From NCBI GenBank assembly GCA_051530055.1, contig CM121343.1, positions 5,116,389 through 5,180,388 of the forward strand: a stretch of 64,000 bases of DNA, written 5' to 3'. The DNA comes from Neoechinorhynchus agilis. Its lineage: Eukaryota; Animalia; Acanthocephala. The first letter of the stretch is position 1. Each line of letters starts with the position of its first letter. The position numbers and the translations under genes are program-made. Below the pieces are notes generated by a model that worked only from the letters and a program-made list of their open reading frames with translations, did no database searches and was not told the origin of the DNA. Below are positions 13,022 to 29,347 of this stretch, piece after piece.

Positions 13022-13883
13022 CTGAAAACGCGATTCAAACGCTGGTCATTTCTTTAATATTTTCACAGTCAAGCGTTCCAGAGGAGAGCAACACGTTTAT
13101 TCTACGTGCAGCAACCCAAAGCCACCGGTGGTATTCGTCAGAAATATAGAAAAAAATCCTTTCGCTGTGCGCGTGGGAGATAAAAAAAACGCACACTTAG
13201 TCACAGACCACCCAGAAGCGCAATATGACGTAACGATAGATTTAACGAGTGCCCAATAAAATGCGATTACCAGCTGAAAATGAACGACAACTGCAAACAC
13301 ATCAAAAAAAAGATGAAACCACGCACATCGACGAACGCGCGCACATATGCACACTGCAATAAATTGCGTATACGAGCGCGTACACTGTCGGGAAGGGCAA
13401 TTCGTTTGCAGACTCGAAAAAAGGGCGTTGATTCCGTCCATTGTGTAGCAGTAGTAGGCATCCGAGTATAAAACACTAATTCCATAGAGGTCACCACTAA
13501 TCTCGTCTCCTCTATACAAACGCCAAGTAATCCGTTTCTAAATTTAAACTAGTTTACCAACAACGACAAAAAATACTCCCCACCTTAACCACAGTCTACG
13601 TCATCAACCTTGGAGCATCTACGAAAGAATCCAACACTTGGGAGAATGTTCGGTTAACAAATAGGCATGTATCAAAGAAAAACAACGTCAACAAAAACGC
13701 TAATGAGCCAGAGGGTAGATGTGAGTTTTTATTTATGTACCTTCATCAAATCAGGATTCACAATTTCATATTCTTCCAGATACAATGATGTCATTAGAAA
13801 GCTAAACCTGAATTCAAGCTGAAACGCAAGCTTAGAAACATTCGTGAATATCCGACGGTGCTTTTTAAAAGCGAATTCGGAGA

Positions 13884-14057
13884 GAATTATTGTTTAGAAG
13901 TCTTCAATCGCGGTAATTATTTATTAAAGACGTTCTGCGAACCTCACCGTGGGTTCATATCATCAGTTCTACAATACAAACCCGACGAGGTTCGCAGAAT
14001 GTATTTTTAATCGAAAAGAAATCATTTACCGCGATTGAAGACTTTAAACAATAATTC
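13884..14057. mobile_element. Family A palindromic repeat, near full length
   Basis: The long inverted arms run gaattattgtttagaagtcttcaatcgcggtaa ... ttaccgcgattgaagactttaaacaataattc. Confidence 0.8.
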
Positions 14058-14175
14058 CGAATATTGAATTATACAAAATGGGCAATAATAATTGTAGAAA
14101 AAAAATGAACATTGGTTTTTAGGCTCTAATCTATAAAGTGTTTAATATTTCTCTGTGACGCTAGGCAAGCAATGT

Positions 14176-17492
<3,317 letters not shown>

Positions 17493-17771
17493 CCTTATTC
17501 GTCTAAAATACAAGTGTGGAAATTCGACAGTGTGCCACCGCAAAAAAACCTCGATGGACACTGCAATTAGCTTACAAAAAATTCTTCCGGAAATCCAATC
17601 GGACAAACTCGTTAAATTTTTAACGTGCCATTTATAATTTTCAGTTTGTTCAATTTTAACAAATTTATTCGGTATATATGGGCAGCGGCATTTTTTAAAC
17701 AAATTTTTAACTGGTATAAAATTAAAAAAACAAAAACAGTTCGAAAAACATCAACGCTACAGTTCTGGATC

Positions 17772-18155
17772 GGTCGAAAGGGCGGATGCAACGTTCCATT
17801 AGTGCACGGAGGAATGCTCCTGATCTTGGATCGTCTTAGTCTCTTCGACAATTGTTTGACCAAGTCCTGTGCCGCCATTGAGTCCTTTATTAAAATGGCA
17901 TTTTAAGATAAACCCACGTGCAATTGGTCGTTAAAATTAAATTGTTTCCAATCGATTTACTGGTAGTGCAAAACTCGTCAATCCATTTTTTGAACTTTTA
18001 TCTGTAGAGCATAATAAAGTACAAAACGTTCAATCACCACCGTCCGCAAAATCTTAGCTTCTCTCCTTCCTCGGCTGTCGCTATCACGCTAGCGGCATTG
18101 CTCGTTGTACTGCAAGCGGGATATTTTGTCGCAGGAATACACCTGTTCGTGTCGC
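17772..18155 (-). mobile_element. Two short CRE-type 3' fragments (17772-17876 and about 18060-18155)
   Basis: The first matches 9840-9990 at DNA level (ggaggaatgctcctgatct) and encodes AAQDLVKQLSKRL. The second encodes GVFLRQNIPLAVQR / NAASVIATAEEG. Confidence 0.7.
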
Positions 18156-18644
18156 CCATAAATAAAAGTTTAACTTGATTGACTATAATGTATGCACCGA
18201 TACATTCTGTGTATGGGATGGCATGTAAAGATGGTGACTATTATGTCAATCTCTCGACTTATCGATGATGATTACGTTCGATTATGAATACATTTGATCA
18301 ATCATTGAAAAATGGGTGATTCTTGGAAGTTGTCGGGCGTGACAAATGAATTTCTTCTTTAATAAACTCTGGTACAATACTTGGAAGTATTATTTAGGTC
18401 TTCACTCCGTAAATAATATTTCTACCTCACATACCAACATAGATATAAACCGACTTTTCATCGTATTGATCGTCATTTCTCGCGACTTTTGAATAGACTA
18501 CTTGCTTCTCATTCGTTAACTTCCAAAGGTACAGAAGTCCTGGATTGAATCGTCTAAAAATTACACTTTATAGACTGTAAAGAAGTTGTTCATGGAGATA
18601 CTTTGTTTGGGAATATACAGATCAATTTATTAATTCCCTTTCAC

Positions 18645-18676
18645 AATATTTCGTCCGTCTCGTCGAACTTCTTCAG
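18645..18676 (-). ncRNA. Minimal type I hammerhead ribozyme core (candidate)
   Basis: CUGAAGA A GUUC gacgagac GGAC GAAA UAUU: all core nucleotides, a 4-bp stem II, an extra A after A9 and a palindromic AAUAUU helix III. Stem I is only about 2 bp. Confidence 0.55.
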
Positions 18677-18683
18677 GTCTACG

Positions 18684-20407
18684 AAATATTATGAAAGGAA
18701 ATTAATCTCTATTTTCTCAACGTTTTTTAAGTGTTAAAAATACAAGATATAACTATCGAAGATCGTCATTATTTTGAAATGATCTAAAAGCTCCTTTAAT
18801 CGCACGCTGTTTGCAATTACCCATTTTGAAGACTTGATGAAGTCTGACAAGACGGACAAAATATTATGAAAGGAAATTAATCTTTATTTTCTCAACGTTT
18901 TTTAAGTGTTAAAAATACAAGATATAACTATCGAAGATCGCCATTATTTTAAAATGATCTAAAACCTCCTTAAATCGCACGCTGTTTACAATTACCCATT
19001 TTTAAGACTTGAAGAAGTCCGATGAGACGGACAAAATATTTTGAAAGGAAATTAATAAAACATCTATTTTCTCAACGTTTTTAAGTGTTAAAAATACAAG
19101 ATATAACTATCGAAGATCGCCATTATTTTAAATTGATCTAAAACCTCCTTAAATCGCACGCTGTTTACAATTACCCATTTTTAAGACTTGAAGAAGTCCG
19201 ATGAGACGGACAAAATATTATGAAAGGAAATTAATATTTTCCAATTAAGTAAAAATACAAGATATACTATCGAAGATCGTCATTATTTTGAAATGATCTA
19301 AAAGCTCCTTTAATCGCACGCTGTTTGCAATTACCCATTTTGAAGACTTGATGAAGTCTGACAAGACGGACAAAATATTATGAAAGGAAATTAATCTTTA
19401 TTTTCTCAACGTTTTTTAAGTGTTAAAAATACAAGATATAACTATCGAAGATCGCCATTATTTTAAATGATCTAAAACCTCCTTAAATCGCACGCTGTTT
19501 ACAATTACCCATTTTTAAGACTTGAAGAAGTCCGATGAGACGGACAAAATATTTTGAAAGGAAATTAATAAAACTGATGTCTATTTTCTCAACGTTTTTT
19601 AAGTGTTAAAAATACAAGATATAACTATCGAAGATCGCCATTATTTTAAATTGATCTAAAACCTCCTTAAATCGCACGCTGTTTACAATTACCCATTTTT
19701 AAGACTTGAAGAAGTCCGATGAGACGGACAAAATATTATGAAAGGAAATTAATCTCTATTTTCTCAACGTTTTTTAAGTGTTAAAAATACAAGATATGAC
19801 TATCGAAGATCGTCATTATTTTGAAATGATCTAAAAGCTCCTTTAATCGCACGCTGTTTGCAATTACCCATTTTGAAGACTTGATGAAGTCTGACAAGAC
19901 GGACAAAATATTATGAAAGGAAATTAATCTTTATTTTCTCAACGTTTTTTAAGTGTTAAAAATACAAGATATAACTATCGAAGATCGCCATTATTTTAAA
20001 ATGATCTAAAACCTCCTTAAATCGCACGCTGTTTACAATTACCCATTTTTAAGACTTGAAGAAGTCCGATGAGACGGACAAAATATTTTGAAAGGAAATT
20101 AATAAAACTGATGTCTATTTTCTCAACGTTTTTTAAGTGTTAAAAATACAAGATATAACTATCGAAGATCGCCATTATTTTAAATTGATCTAAAACCTCC
20201 TTAAATCGCACGCTGTTTACAATTACCCATTTTTAAGACTTGAAGAAGTCCGATGAGATGGACAAAATATTTTGAAAGGAAATTAATAAAACTGATGTTT
20301 ATTTTCTCAACGTTTTTTAAGTGTTAAAAATACAAGATATAACTATCGAAGATCGCCATTATTTTAAAATGATCTAAAACCTCCTTAAATCGCACACTGT
20401 TTGCAAT
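18684..20407 (+). repeat. Tandem array of about 10 monomers of about 175 bp with A-B-B' higher-order structure and degenerate hammerhead cores
   Basis: Monomer starts (aaaatatt) are at about 18684, 18858, 19032, 19211, 19373, 19546, 19731, 19906, 20081 and 20265. An inverted 56-bp copy lies at 18625-18680. Confidence 0.95.
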
Positions 20408-22044
20408 GACATTATCTCCAAATCATTGAATGGTGAAAGATACTTGCTACAATTGGTAGTTTTACATAAATTAAGAATTGAGTGTAAGTTCTTCGAAGCC
20501 GGGACGCTGAGAAATTTGCATATCATTCCGAAAATACCCCATCGACGTCTTATGATTAAAGGCAGCTTTTAGGGCGACGTCAGTTGCGACGAACGATTAG
20601 TTTTGCATCCATTAAAATAGATCACAGCATCCATATATCGTAAATCATAAAGTGAGAAACCGATTCTCGCTTATCCATAGTGGGAAAATTGGATCACTAT
20701 CGTTTCTAAGCGTCCAAATCCATTGTGCCATCGGTTTTGAACATTTTGTTTGCTTGATATCGGTAATTCTCAGAATGGAATATCGCTGCTATGTAATTAA
20801 AAAATAGGTTCATTCGTTGAAAAACAACAAAAATGTCCTGTTTTCACAGCTTTCTGGCCTTACTTGGAGGTAACTTTATGTTCTAAGAATGTTGCACCAC
20901 GCAAAATCTCAACTAACAATCATTTTAACTATTTATTTAAAGGGCATCACCTACTTAGAGTGAAGATGGTCATTACGTTCAGCAACAAAATCGTTGAACG
21001 AAATCAGTACTACATCCTATTTAATTTCATAATGGCCGTAGTCCAAAATTCATTTTGTTGCCTTCAATGTTCTTTTTTCCTAATGATTTATATCCATTTT
21101 TAACAGCAAATACGACGGTAGAATTTACGTATATTTTATGGCATTTTAAAACATTTTAAAGCTGCGATTTCATTTTTTGTTTATTTTTATTCCTATCGTG
21201 CACAAATTATATTTTTCACTTAAGAAACAAATACGACCATGGAAGGGTTTTAAGTATGATTTTATGCGGTTCCCAGACCATTGAATCAGCGGTGGGCTTT
21301 GTGCCCAAAAGGAGAAATTATCAGCCGTGAAAAAAGAACACAATTAAGCACAGAATAAAAGTTATCAGCTGGCCAGATTTCAAAAAAAGTTAATTTTTGG
21401 TGACAATGCTCTTAAAATTTTGATTATTGATTAGAGTCGCTAATCTGACGGGTAGAGTCGATATCTGTATAGAAGAATGGAATATTTTAAACTTTCAAAC
21501 GGGGAGCACTGTGCAGCGCGGTAGCAATCTTCGAGCAGTCGCAAATTCGTGTTTATTGATCGCACCCGACTTACACGCCGGAGATAGGCGCCTGTAAAAA
21601 CTGATTCAGGCCAATTCCGATGGTGATTTATCGATTGCGATCAACTGTGTGTTTGTTTCTCCGTTATTTTTTTGGGTGGTGCCATTTTAGTTAGACGCCC
21701 AAACGTTTAAACCTTCGTCGAGAGGGAAATTCGGGAAAACGGGATACTGGCTTGGCTTCAATTGTACATTTCGGAGATCGAGTCCCCTTTTGCGTCAGAA
21801 ATATTCCGATGACGTAATCCAAAGAGTGGTGGGCGGTCAAAAGTTTCCGTTTGGACTGTATGCAAACACGCACACCACGTCCGTTGTCTGCACCACCACC
21901 AGCAGCAGCACGTAGCGTTGATGACGACACGAGACGACTACTTTGTGCGTGCGTGTGGATGTTGAATATTGGTAGTGTGCGTACGAAGCTGTATTCTTTG
22001 CTGACATTACAGACGCATATTCTTGGGGCAAATCGGTTAAAGAG

Positions 22045-24697
22045 ATGATCGGTGGTGATCGAACGCGAAACCCAATTGGCACAGGTAGCACCGTGGACTC
22101 TGATTTGCCGCCACCGGGTGGTGTAGGCGATGACGATGGTCCATTTGAGCGTTGTTCGTTGCCCGATGGACACGAAACGCTTAATAGCTTCGAGAAGAAC
22201 ACCAATGCGAATGTTTTTGGAGTTGTGACGAAACAGACTGAAGAGTCGGAGCGTATTGCGAAGGTCACTCGAGTTGAGACCACGATAGTCGTTCGGCGTC
22301 GTAAGAAGCATCTTTTCAGAACGAAAGAAGAATATACATCACCGGAATCCGCTTCGTCTCAATTCGGTGATCAAGCGATTGAACAGAGTGAAAAGATGAT
22401 TGGTTTAAATACTCCTGAGAACACGAAAGGTGAGAAAGTTCATTTGGGCGTTTTTTTGAAAAAGAATGCCAAACACTTTTAGCGAATAAGGAAGTGGATG
22501 ACGTCATCGAGGGCGCTGATGACGAGGAAGGCATTGAACACACGCTTCAAACGTCATACGAAGGTCTTTTTACCTGTAAAGCGAATGAGGAGGATCATGT
22601 GTCCGGAAAAGCTTGTTGGCGTGATCCGGATCTTAATGAACTCGTTGAGTATCTAAATGATCCAGATGATGCGATAAAAGCAAACGCAGCCGCCTATCTT
22701 CAACATCTATCGTACAACAACGACGAAATTAAGGCTTCGATAAAATCCGCAGGCGGAGTGTTAAGTACCGTCCTTTTGCTCAGACACGACAATCCAGTTA
22801 TCCAGAGGAATGCCTGTGGTGTCCTTCTTAATCTTTGTCATGGACTTCAAAATGAATCTAACAAACTTGAAGTGTATAAAGTCGGTGGAATTGAAGCACT
22901 TTCAAATTTAGTTGGGTATTCGGCTTACGAGGATATTAGAGAAACTGCTGCTGCAGTACTCTGGAATATATCTTCATCATCGTTACCTGAAATCAAAATG
23001 ACAATCTTAGATAGCGACTGTCTTAATATACTCGTCCGAACAATAGTAATTCCGTATTCTGGGTGGCATCGGGATGCTAGTAGACGTCTTAATCCTCAAG
23101 GAATTTTCCCGTGTTTATTCAAGAATGCAACTGGTATTTTACGGAATTGTAGTGCCGCTACAACGGATGGTCGTTACCGAGTAAGGTCTTGCTATGGTCT
23201 ATTACCATCACTAGTCCATGCCGTTCAATCTGCGTTGTGCAGTCGCAACGAAGTGAACAGCAAGTGCATTGAGAATTGCATTTGCATTCTTAGAAATCTG
23301 TCTTACAGGATATGCGATCGAGGTTCCCAATGCTATCAACGATCGGGCACCATAACTAGTGCTGACTCATCATCAAGGTCTTCTACGCTGACCGGAAGTG
23401 GTGGAACTATTGGCGGTGAAGGATTCTTCATGAATGGATCAGCTGAATTTCAAGAGCACCAATCCGCCGATTTTTTACGTCATCAGCTTTATCAACTCCT
23501 GCCAGCTCTCGTGACGCTCATTCGAATCAGTACTAACGAGGTCACTGTAGAATCGATTGCCGGAATATTTCAAAACCTTACAAGCTTATCCCAAGATAAA
23601 CACTCATGGAACCAACGCTTCAGATCAGAAATAAGGAAAGCAAAAGGGATTCACGCTCTTATCGAACTTCTGAAGCTTGACAAATGCGATAGGGTTGTTA
23701 GTACTGCAGCCGGAGCTCTTAGGAACCTTGCTATCGACGACGAACGAAATAGAGATATAATTGCCGAATTCGGACTCAAGGATTTGATACTTATTTTAGC
23801 GCATGAGTTCTTTATTGGGCGCAATCTGCAGATTAAAGAACTGATGTCTTACCCGATCCTTTCATTAGATACTCGCTGAATGCGGAATGGTTCACACAGA
23901 ATACAATTGCGTTGTCAATTTCAGCACTCAATGAACTCGTCAAATCCAACGAATTTATTGCTAGAAATACTGCGGAATTGGGTCTTGTGGATCGCCTTCT
24001 CGGAATGTTAAGATCGCCTCACCTTTATTCGATTAAGCTCCTTTCTAGTTGTGCCCATTTGCTTAACACAATGTGGCGGCACAAACAACTTCATGAGCTT
24101 TACAAAAAGATGGGATACTCTAGTAGCGATTTTACATCCCACCAAAAATTGCTTTATCATCTTGCCAGCTCATCGACCGGAGTACCCATGTCAGGGGCGA
24201 GCACATCGTGTCTTATGACATCATCGTACTTTCAGGCAGTTCCGCCGGATAATCACATGAGACAAAGGCGGAGACCTGACGTGAGTGAATGGTCATCCAC
24301 GTGGAGTGGAGTTGCTTTACCTGGCAGTTGGAAAAGCGACAACCTCTCTAGCAATTGTGGAACATCCACCCGAGTATCTTCAGGGAGCAATCCCTTTAAA
24401 ACCCGAGATGAACTTTATCTCCAATCACAATCACTTGCCACCCTATACACGGTTGATGCTGACGCCGGCGATATGATTTCAGGGACGAATCCGCCACTCG
24501 TATCATCCAACGTGCTTAATCAAACAAATTTTAAAGAAAATGATGGTAGCAATAGTGCCTTCCCACTATACGCCACCGTTCGAAAAACAAAAAGACAAAA
24601 CAGCCAGCCAGAATCCAGTTTGCTTCGCCGAAATCACAAAGATAGCACCGGCGCAATTACTAGTGGCATCGACGACCCCGATTCATCGTGGGTTTAA
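22045..24697 (+). CDS. p120/delta-catenin family armadillo protein (introns 22430-22482, 23807-23868)
   Basis: WRDPDLNELVEYL...KANAAAYLQHLSY, NATGILRNCS, KCIENCICILRNLSY, AAGALRNLAID are p120-family ARM motifs, and both GT-AG introns join the ORFs in frame. Confidence 0.9.
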
Positions 24698-26194
24698 TTG
24701 TCATACTTTCACCAGTGAAGAAATGATGTTGTGCCATTCTCCAGATTGAGTGTAGAAATATATAATACTTAGTAGTTCTATAATGTCCGCGTTGTTGTTC
24801 CTTGTACGCAGAGGACTCTTGTTTGTAATTTTCAACGTTTTATATGCTTCTATTAGGGTCACCAGAGAAACGAGAGTGTACAATGATCCTTAAGCTAAAT
24901 AACTTAATTATAGTGATACATTTGTTTTAAACGTCTTTCTCTGTATTTTAGATATTTCACCGAATGATCGTTGCGTTCACGACCTCAAAAAATTGTGTGA
25001 GCGATACTTTAAGATTTAAATTTCGCTAATCTGTTCAACTTCAAGTATCCTGCTGCTTCTTATATTATCATAGACAAAAACGGTGTCCGTGAATGGAGTT
25101 CATTGCAGAATATCTTTTGGGTGTTTCACGCAAAAACTCGTCTGTCTTTTGGAACATTTCGCTGCTGTATAAACGTGTCTTACCGGATAGATGTTCCAAA
25201 GTACTCGGTTATTCACCTTGCTAAAAAAGCAAAGTACACATCCTCTACGGCTTTGAATCTATAAATCAATTCGAAAAGTTAGGAGCAAAGGCTCTTAGCT
25301 CTACTACCATGAATGATTCCCAGCTTTAATCTCATTGAACCCCAAAGCCATCCGCAATTCTAGCGTTTTCGTATAACTGGAAACATTTACCCGAAATCCA
25401 TGAACGACACTGCGCCAATGCATGTGAAATGTTTATAACACAATTGAAAAATTCAAACCAAAGCTTTACTTTCTCAAATGCTTAACGCATCGATTTTTTG
25501 TAGATAAATTGCAAATTCATGAACCGGAAACTCATCTCTCGTGATACCCTATAACCGGTGTAATGTTCTCATTATAAAACGTAGCTGCCGTAATTGCACT
25601 AATAATGATTTAAGGAATTCTTGAAATGCGCCAGGTATAAAGTACTTCGATACTGTTTGAAAATCTTATCTATTAACGCGTAATTATATCTTCCAGTTTA
25701 AGACTGTAATATTGAGATCAAACTCGTCCAGTCTATCGCTTTTAAAATGAGTTGGCTGCAAAACTTGGGTTGTAACTTGTGACGTAGTAAAGTGCCAAAG
25801 CACCAGAAATTGAAATCCTTCGTCGTCTTCATCGTTTCTACTTCCTTTTTAAGCATCCACTTCTGCGTCAATGATTGAAAAAACTAAACGACTATTCTAT
25901 TTCGTTTAATTTCCATTCGAAATCTGTACAACTGTTTGATTGAAATCGGTTTCCTTCAACAGTAATGATCAAATTTATGAAATAGACCAATTACTACTGA
26001 GGCTGTAAAACACTAATAGTTTATTTGTTGCCGTAATTCTTTTTAGTCGTATCTTAGCCTTTGCTTTTAAGATGCATTATTTCCTCACATTTCGAAGCTC
26101 TAATATTTATGCCAAAGTACAAAAACGATCCTTATTCGACAAAAAATGATTCACGCGGTGGTAATTTGTTATTCTTTAACCAACTATTTTCAAG

Positions 26195-27316
26195 TAGAGA
26201 AAATCTCACATTTCAAAAGCATTTAACGATTAAATAGAATCACGAACGTGAGATGTTGAAGAGTAATTAAATGGTAAAATTTAATAGCGTAATGAAATTT
26301 CAGTGCATAATATTTTCACTGGATGATATTAAAGGAAGGAAATTCCTATAATTTTCAATTAGAGAAAATCTCACGTTTTAACGGATTAGCGATTAAATAG
26401 AATCACGAACGTGAGATGTTGAAGAGTAATTAAATGGTAAAATTTAATAGCGTAATGAAATTTCAGTGCATAATATTTTCACTGGATGATATTAAAGGAA
26501 GGAAATTCCTATAATTTTCAATTAGAGAAAATCTCACGTTTTAACGGCTAAATAGAATCACGAACGTGAGATATTGACGAGTAATTAAATAATAAAATTT
26601 AATAGCGTAATGAAATTTAAGTGCATAATATTTTCACTGGATGATATTAAAGGTAGGAAATTCCTATAATTTTCAATTAGAGAAAATCTCACGTTTTAAC
26701 GGCATTTAGCGATTAAATAGAATCACGAACGTGAGATATTGAAGAGTAATTAAATGGTAAAATTTAATAGCGTAATGAAATTTCAGTGCATAATATTTTC
26801 ACTGGATGATATTAAAGGAAGGAAATTCCTATAATTTTCAATTAGAGAAAATCTCACGTTTTAACGGCATTTAGCGATTAAATAGAATCACGAACGTGAG
26901 ATGTTGAAGAGTAATTAAATGGTAAAATTTAATAGCGTAATGAAATTTCAGTGTATAATATTTTCACTGGATGATATTAAAGGAAGGAAATTCCTATAAT
27001 TTTCAATTAGAGAAAATCTCACATTTTAACGGCATTTAGCGATTAAATAGAATCACGAACGTGAGATGTTGAAGAGTAATTAAATGGTAAAATTTAATAG
27101 CGTAATGAGATTTAAGTGCATAATATTTTCACTGGTGATATTAAAGGAAGGAAATTCCTATAATTTTCAATTAGAGAAAATCTCACATTTTAACGGCATT
27201 TAGCGATTAAATAGAATAACGAACGTGAGATGTTGAAGAGTAATTAAATGGTAAATTTAATGGCGTAATGAAATTTCAGTGCATAATATTTTCATTGGAT
27301 GATATTAAAGGAAGGA
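26195..27316 (+). repeat. Tandem array, about 165-bp unit x about 6.8
   Basis: Unit starts (tagagaaaatctc) are at 26195, 26360, 26523, 26678, 26843, 27008 and 27172. Confidence 0.95.
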
Positions 27317-29347
27317 GATTTGTTAGAAGATTCATACTTTTGTTGCCGACACGCACAATAAAACTTCAGTATAATGAAGTGCGGCATAACGTCTAGGAAT
27401 CATAAATGACTATCGAGTTTCCTGACCCGCATTCGTCGTGCTAATATTTTAGTTAATATAATGTCGTTCATTGTTTTTCCTTGCTAGGCGATGTCATTAA
27501 TATTTTTAGCTATCGTTAACATACGAACGAGCTCGTTAAAATTAAAAGCTGTTCGAAACATTTGGACTACGGTTTAGTAGGCTGAAAATCCCATCTATAC
27601 TTTAATGCGTGGCAGCGAGTCATCCCTCGTCTGTCCGGCTGTTAGAAGAAGGTATTTGACAGTTTCCCCCTCCTCTGCATATAGTAGCGTACGAATGTCG
27701 TTGACTGCCCATACGACAGGCGGAAAGGGACTAGATATCAAATGTCATCATATTCTTGATATATTCGTGTGTGTGTGTGGATAGGTTGATCCGTCACGAT
27801 CCGATATTTATCACGGCGCCGCAGAATGCCTAGCACAAAATCACTGTGCACATCTTCTTGCCCATCTCTTTTTTACTATCTAAATCCACCGAGAACTTGA
27901 CGTTATCAGGGATTTTAAGGCAGCATAGCATTGATCCACATCGCATGCTCATCGCAAGCATTACCAAATCCTGACAGTGACAGACATTATTTCCCACCCC
28001 GACCTTTATTATTTATTGTCTTATCCGAGACATTTAATGAAAGAGAAGCGATTATACCACACTCCCACACAACGGCAGCGGTGGCGCGGAAATTGAACCC
28101 ATGTAGCGCTCCCACGCACACCAACCCACCGCCGCTCTAATAATCGTCATGCACGGTACCACCGCTGCTCTAAAGGCTACACATACAAATCGCAAAGTGT
28201 AGATGGAGCAGGAGGCGGATGCACGCGCGCACGCGCGCGCGGTGCTTGTGGGTGGGGGTTGCACACTGTTTTGCGTTTATAAGCCACTTATTCTGAGGTC
28301 GCAGCCATTTGAGTTTCATCCGCCCGTCCCTAGGGATAACTTTGATACTTTTTTGTTGAAAATTATGCTGCAGTAAACAAAAGAAGACGCCCATTTTAAG
28401 GCATCGATAAGGAGAAGTTCTCTATCAGGGAAATCCATACCTTTTTTGTTTTGGTACGAATGCCAAACACTCCCATGTGCCGTTTTTCCATTTGCACACA
28501 TCCCCGTTGTTGAAATAGAAGATTTTCTTAAAGAGTCGGCAAAAGTATTCGTTCGTACCTTCAAATCCGAGTAATGAAGTCTCTTTCCTTTAGTGGCCAC
28601 TAACTTTATAAGTGGTTCTCTATGGGGAAATTTGTTCGAAACGCATAACCCTCAAATACTTGACTTCCTTCAAAGAAAATCTTTTCCCTGTGAAAGCTTC
28701 TCGGTAGACAACGTTGACATCCAGTGTGATCCGAGATGATACTCTCTCTCTCTTTAAATCAGCTAGATCATAATGCTTTTATCTCTCTCTCTTGCGTATC
28801 GATTTTCCTCCTATATGCAATCAGAACGCTATATCTTGAGAACAAATGAGTGGTAAATACCATGATATGGATATTGCTTCTACGATAACTGAACCCGCGT
28901 CGAATAGGCATGCATTGGTAGAAATGTGCTTTGAAGGGAAACAACCTTTTTTTGTAATTCATACATCTGAAGGAAACATTAACCGTGCTGTTTATAAAGC
29001 TAAATTAGTCTTTTTTTCTAAGATTAGATTTATAATCAAAAACCACATCGTTCACTGGCTGGAATTCGTAGGGTTTTTCAGCGCGAATTAACGCATTGCA
29101 CTGAAATAAAAATTGCGTTCTCAGTCAACCACATTGTTCAAAGTCGTTGAGTTTTGATGCTTTTCAAAAATTGAACTAAAACCTTGTCTTTGCTGCGTTT
29201 GCACTATTAGTGCCATTTTGGTTTGCCTTCTGTGGCTGGTAAGATGAAGTGTCGTTTACATCGCAAAGTACTCGCATTTAGATTTAAGATGCCATAACAT
29301 CATCAGGTTTGACGAACTCCTTTTTCTACTACAAGCATACAAGAGAT

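Noticed and set aside
21691-22543. Long antisense ORFs over the delta-catenin 5' region, and similar shadow ORFs over other genes
   Set aside because: They are explained as reverse-frame shadows of real coding sequence, with no recognisable domains.
24900-25900. Penelope or other transposon RT remnant (EFDLNITV...)
   Set aside because: There are multiple stops and no diagnostic RT or transposase motif.
18684-27316. CRISPR-like interpretation of the two tandem arrays
   Set aside because: Whole units repeat with no unique spacers, there are no cas genes, and the context is a eukaryotic intron-containing genome.
26195-27316. Hammerhead core in the 165-bp array (TTGAAGAGTAATT..., CTGGATGA)
   Set aside because: No stem II followed by GAAA could be built on either strand.
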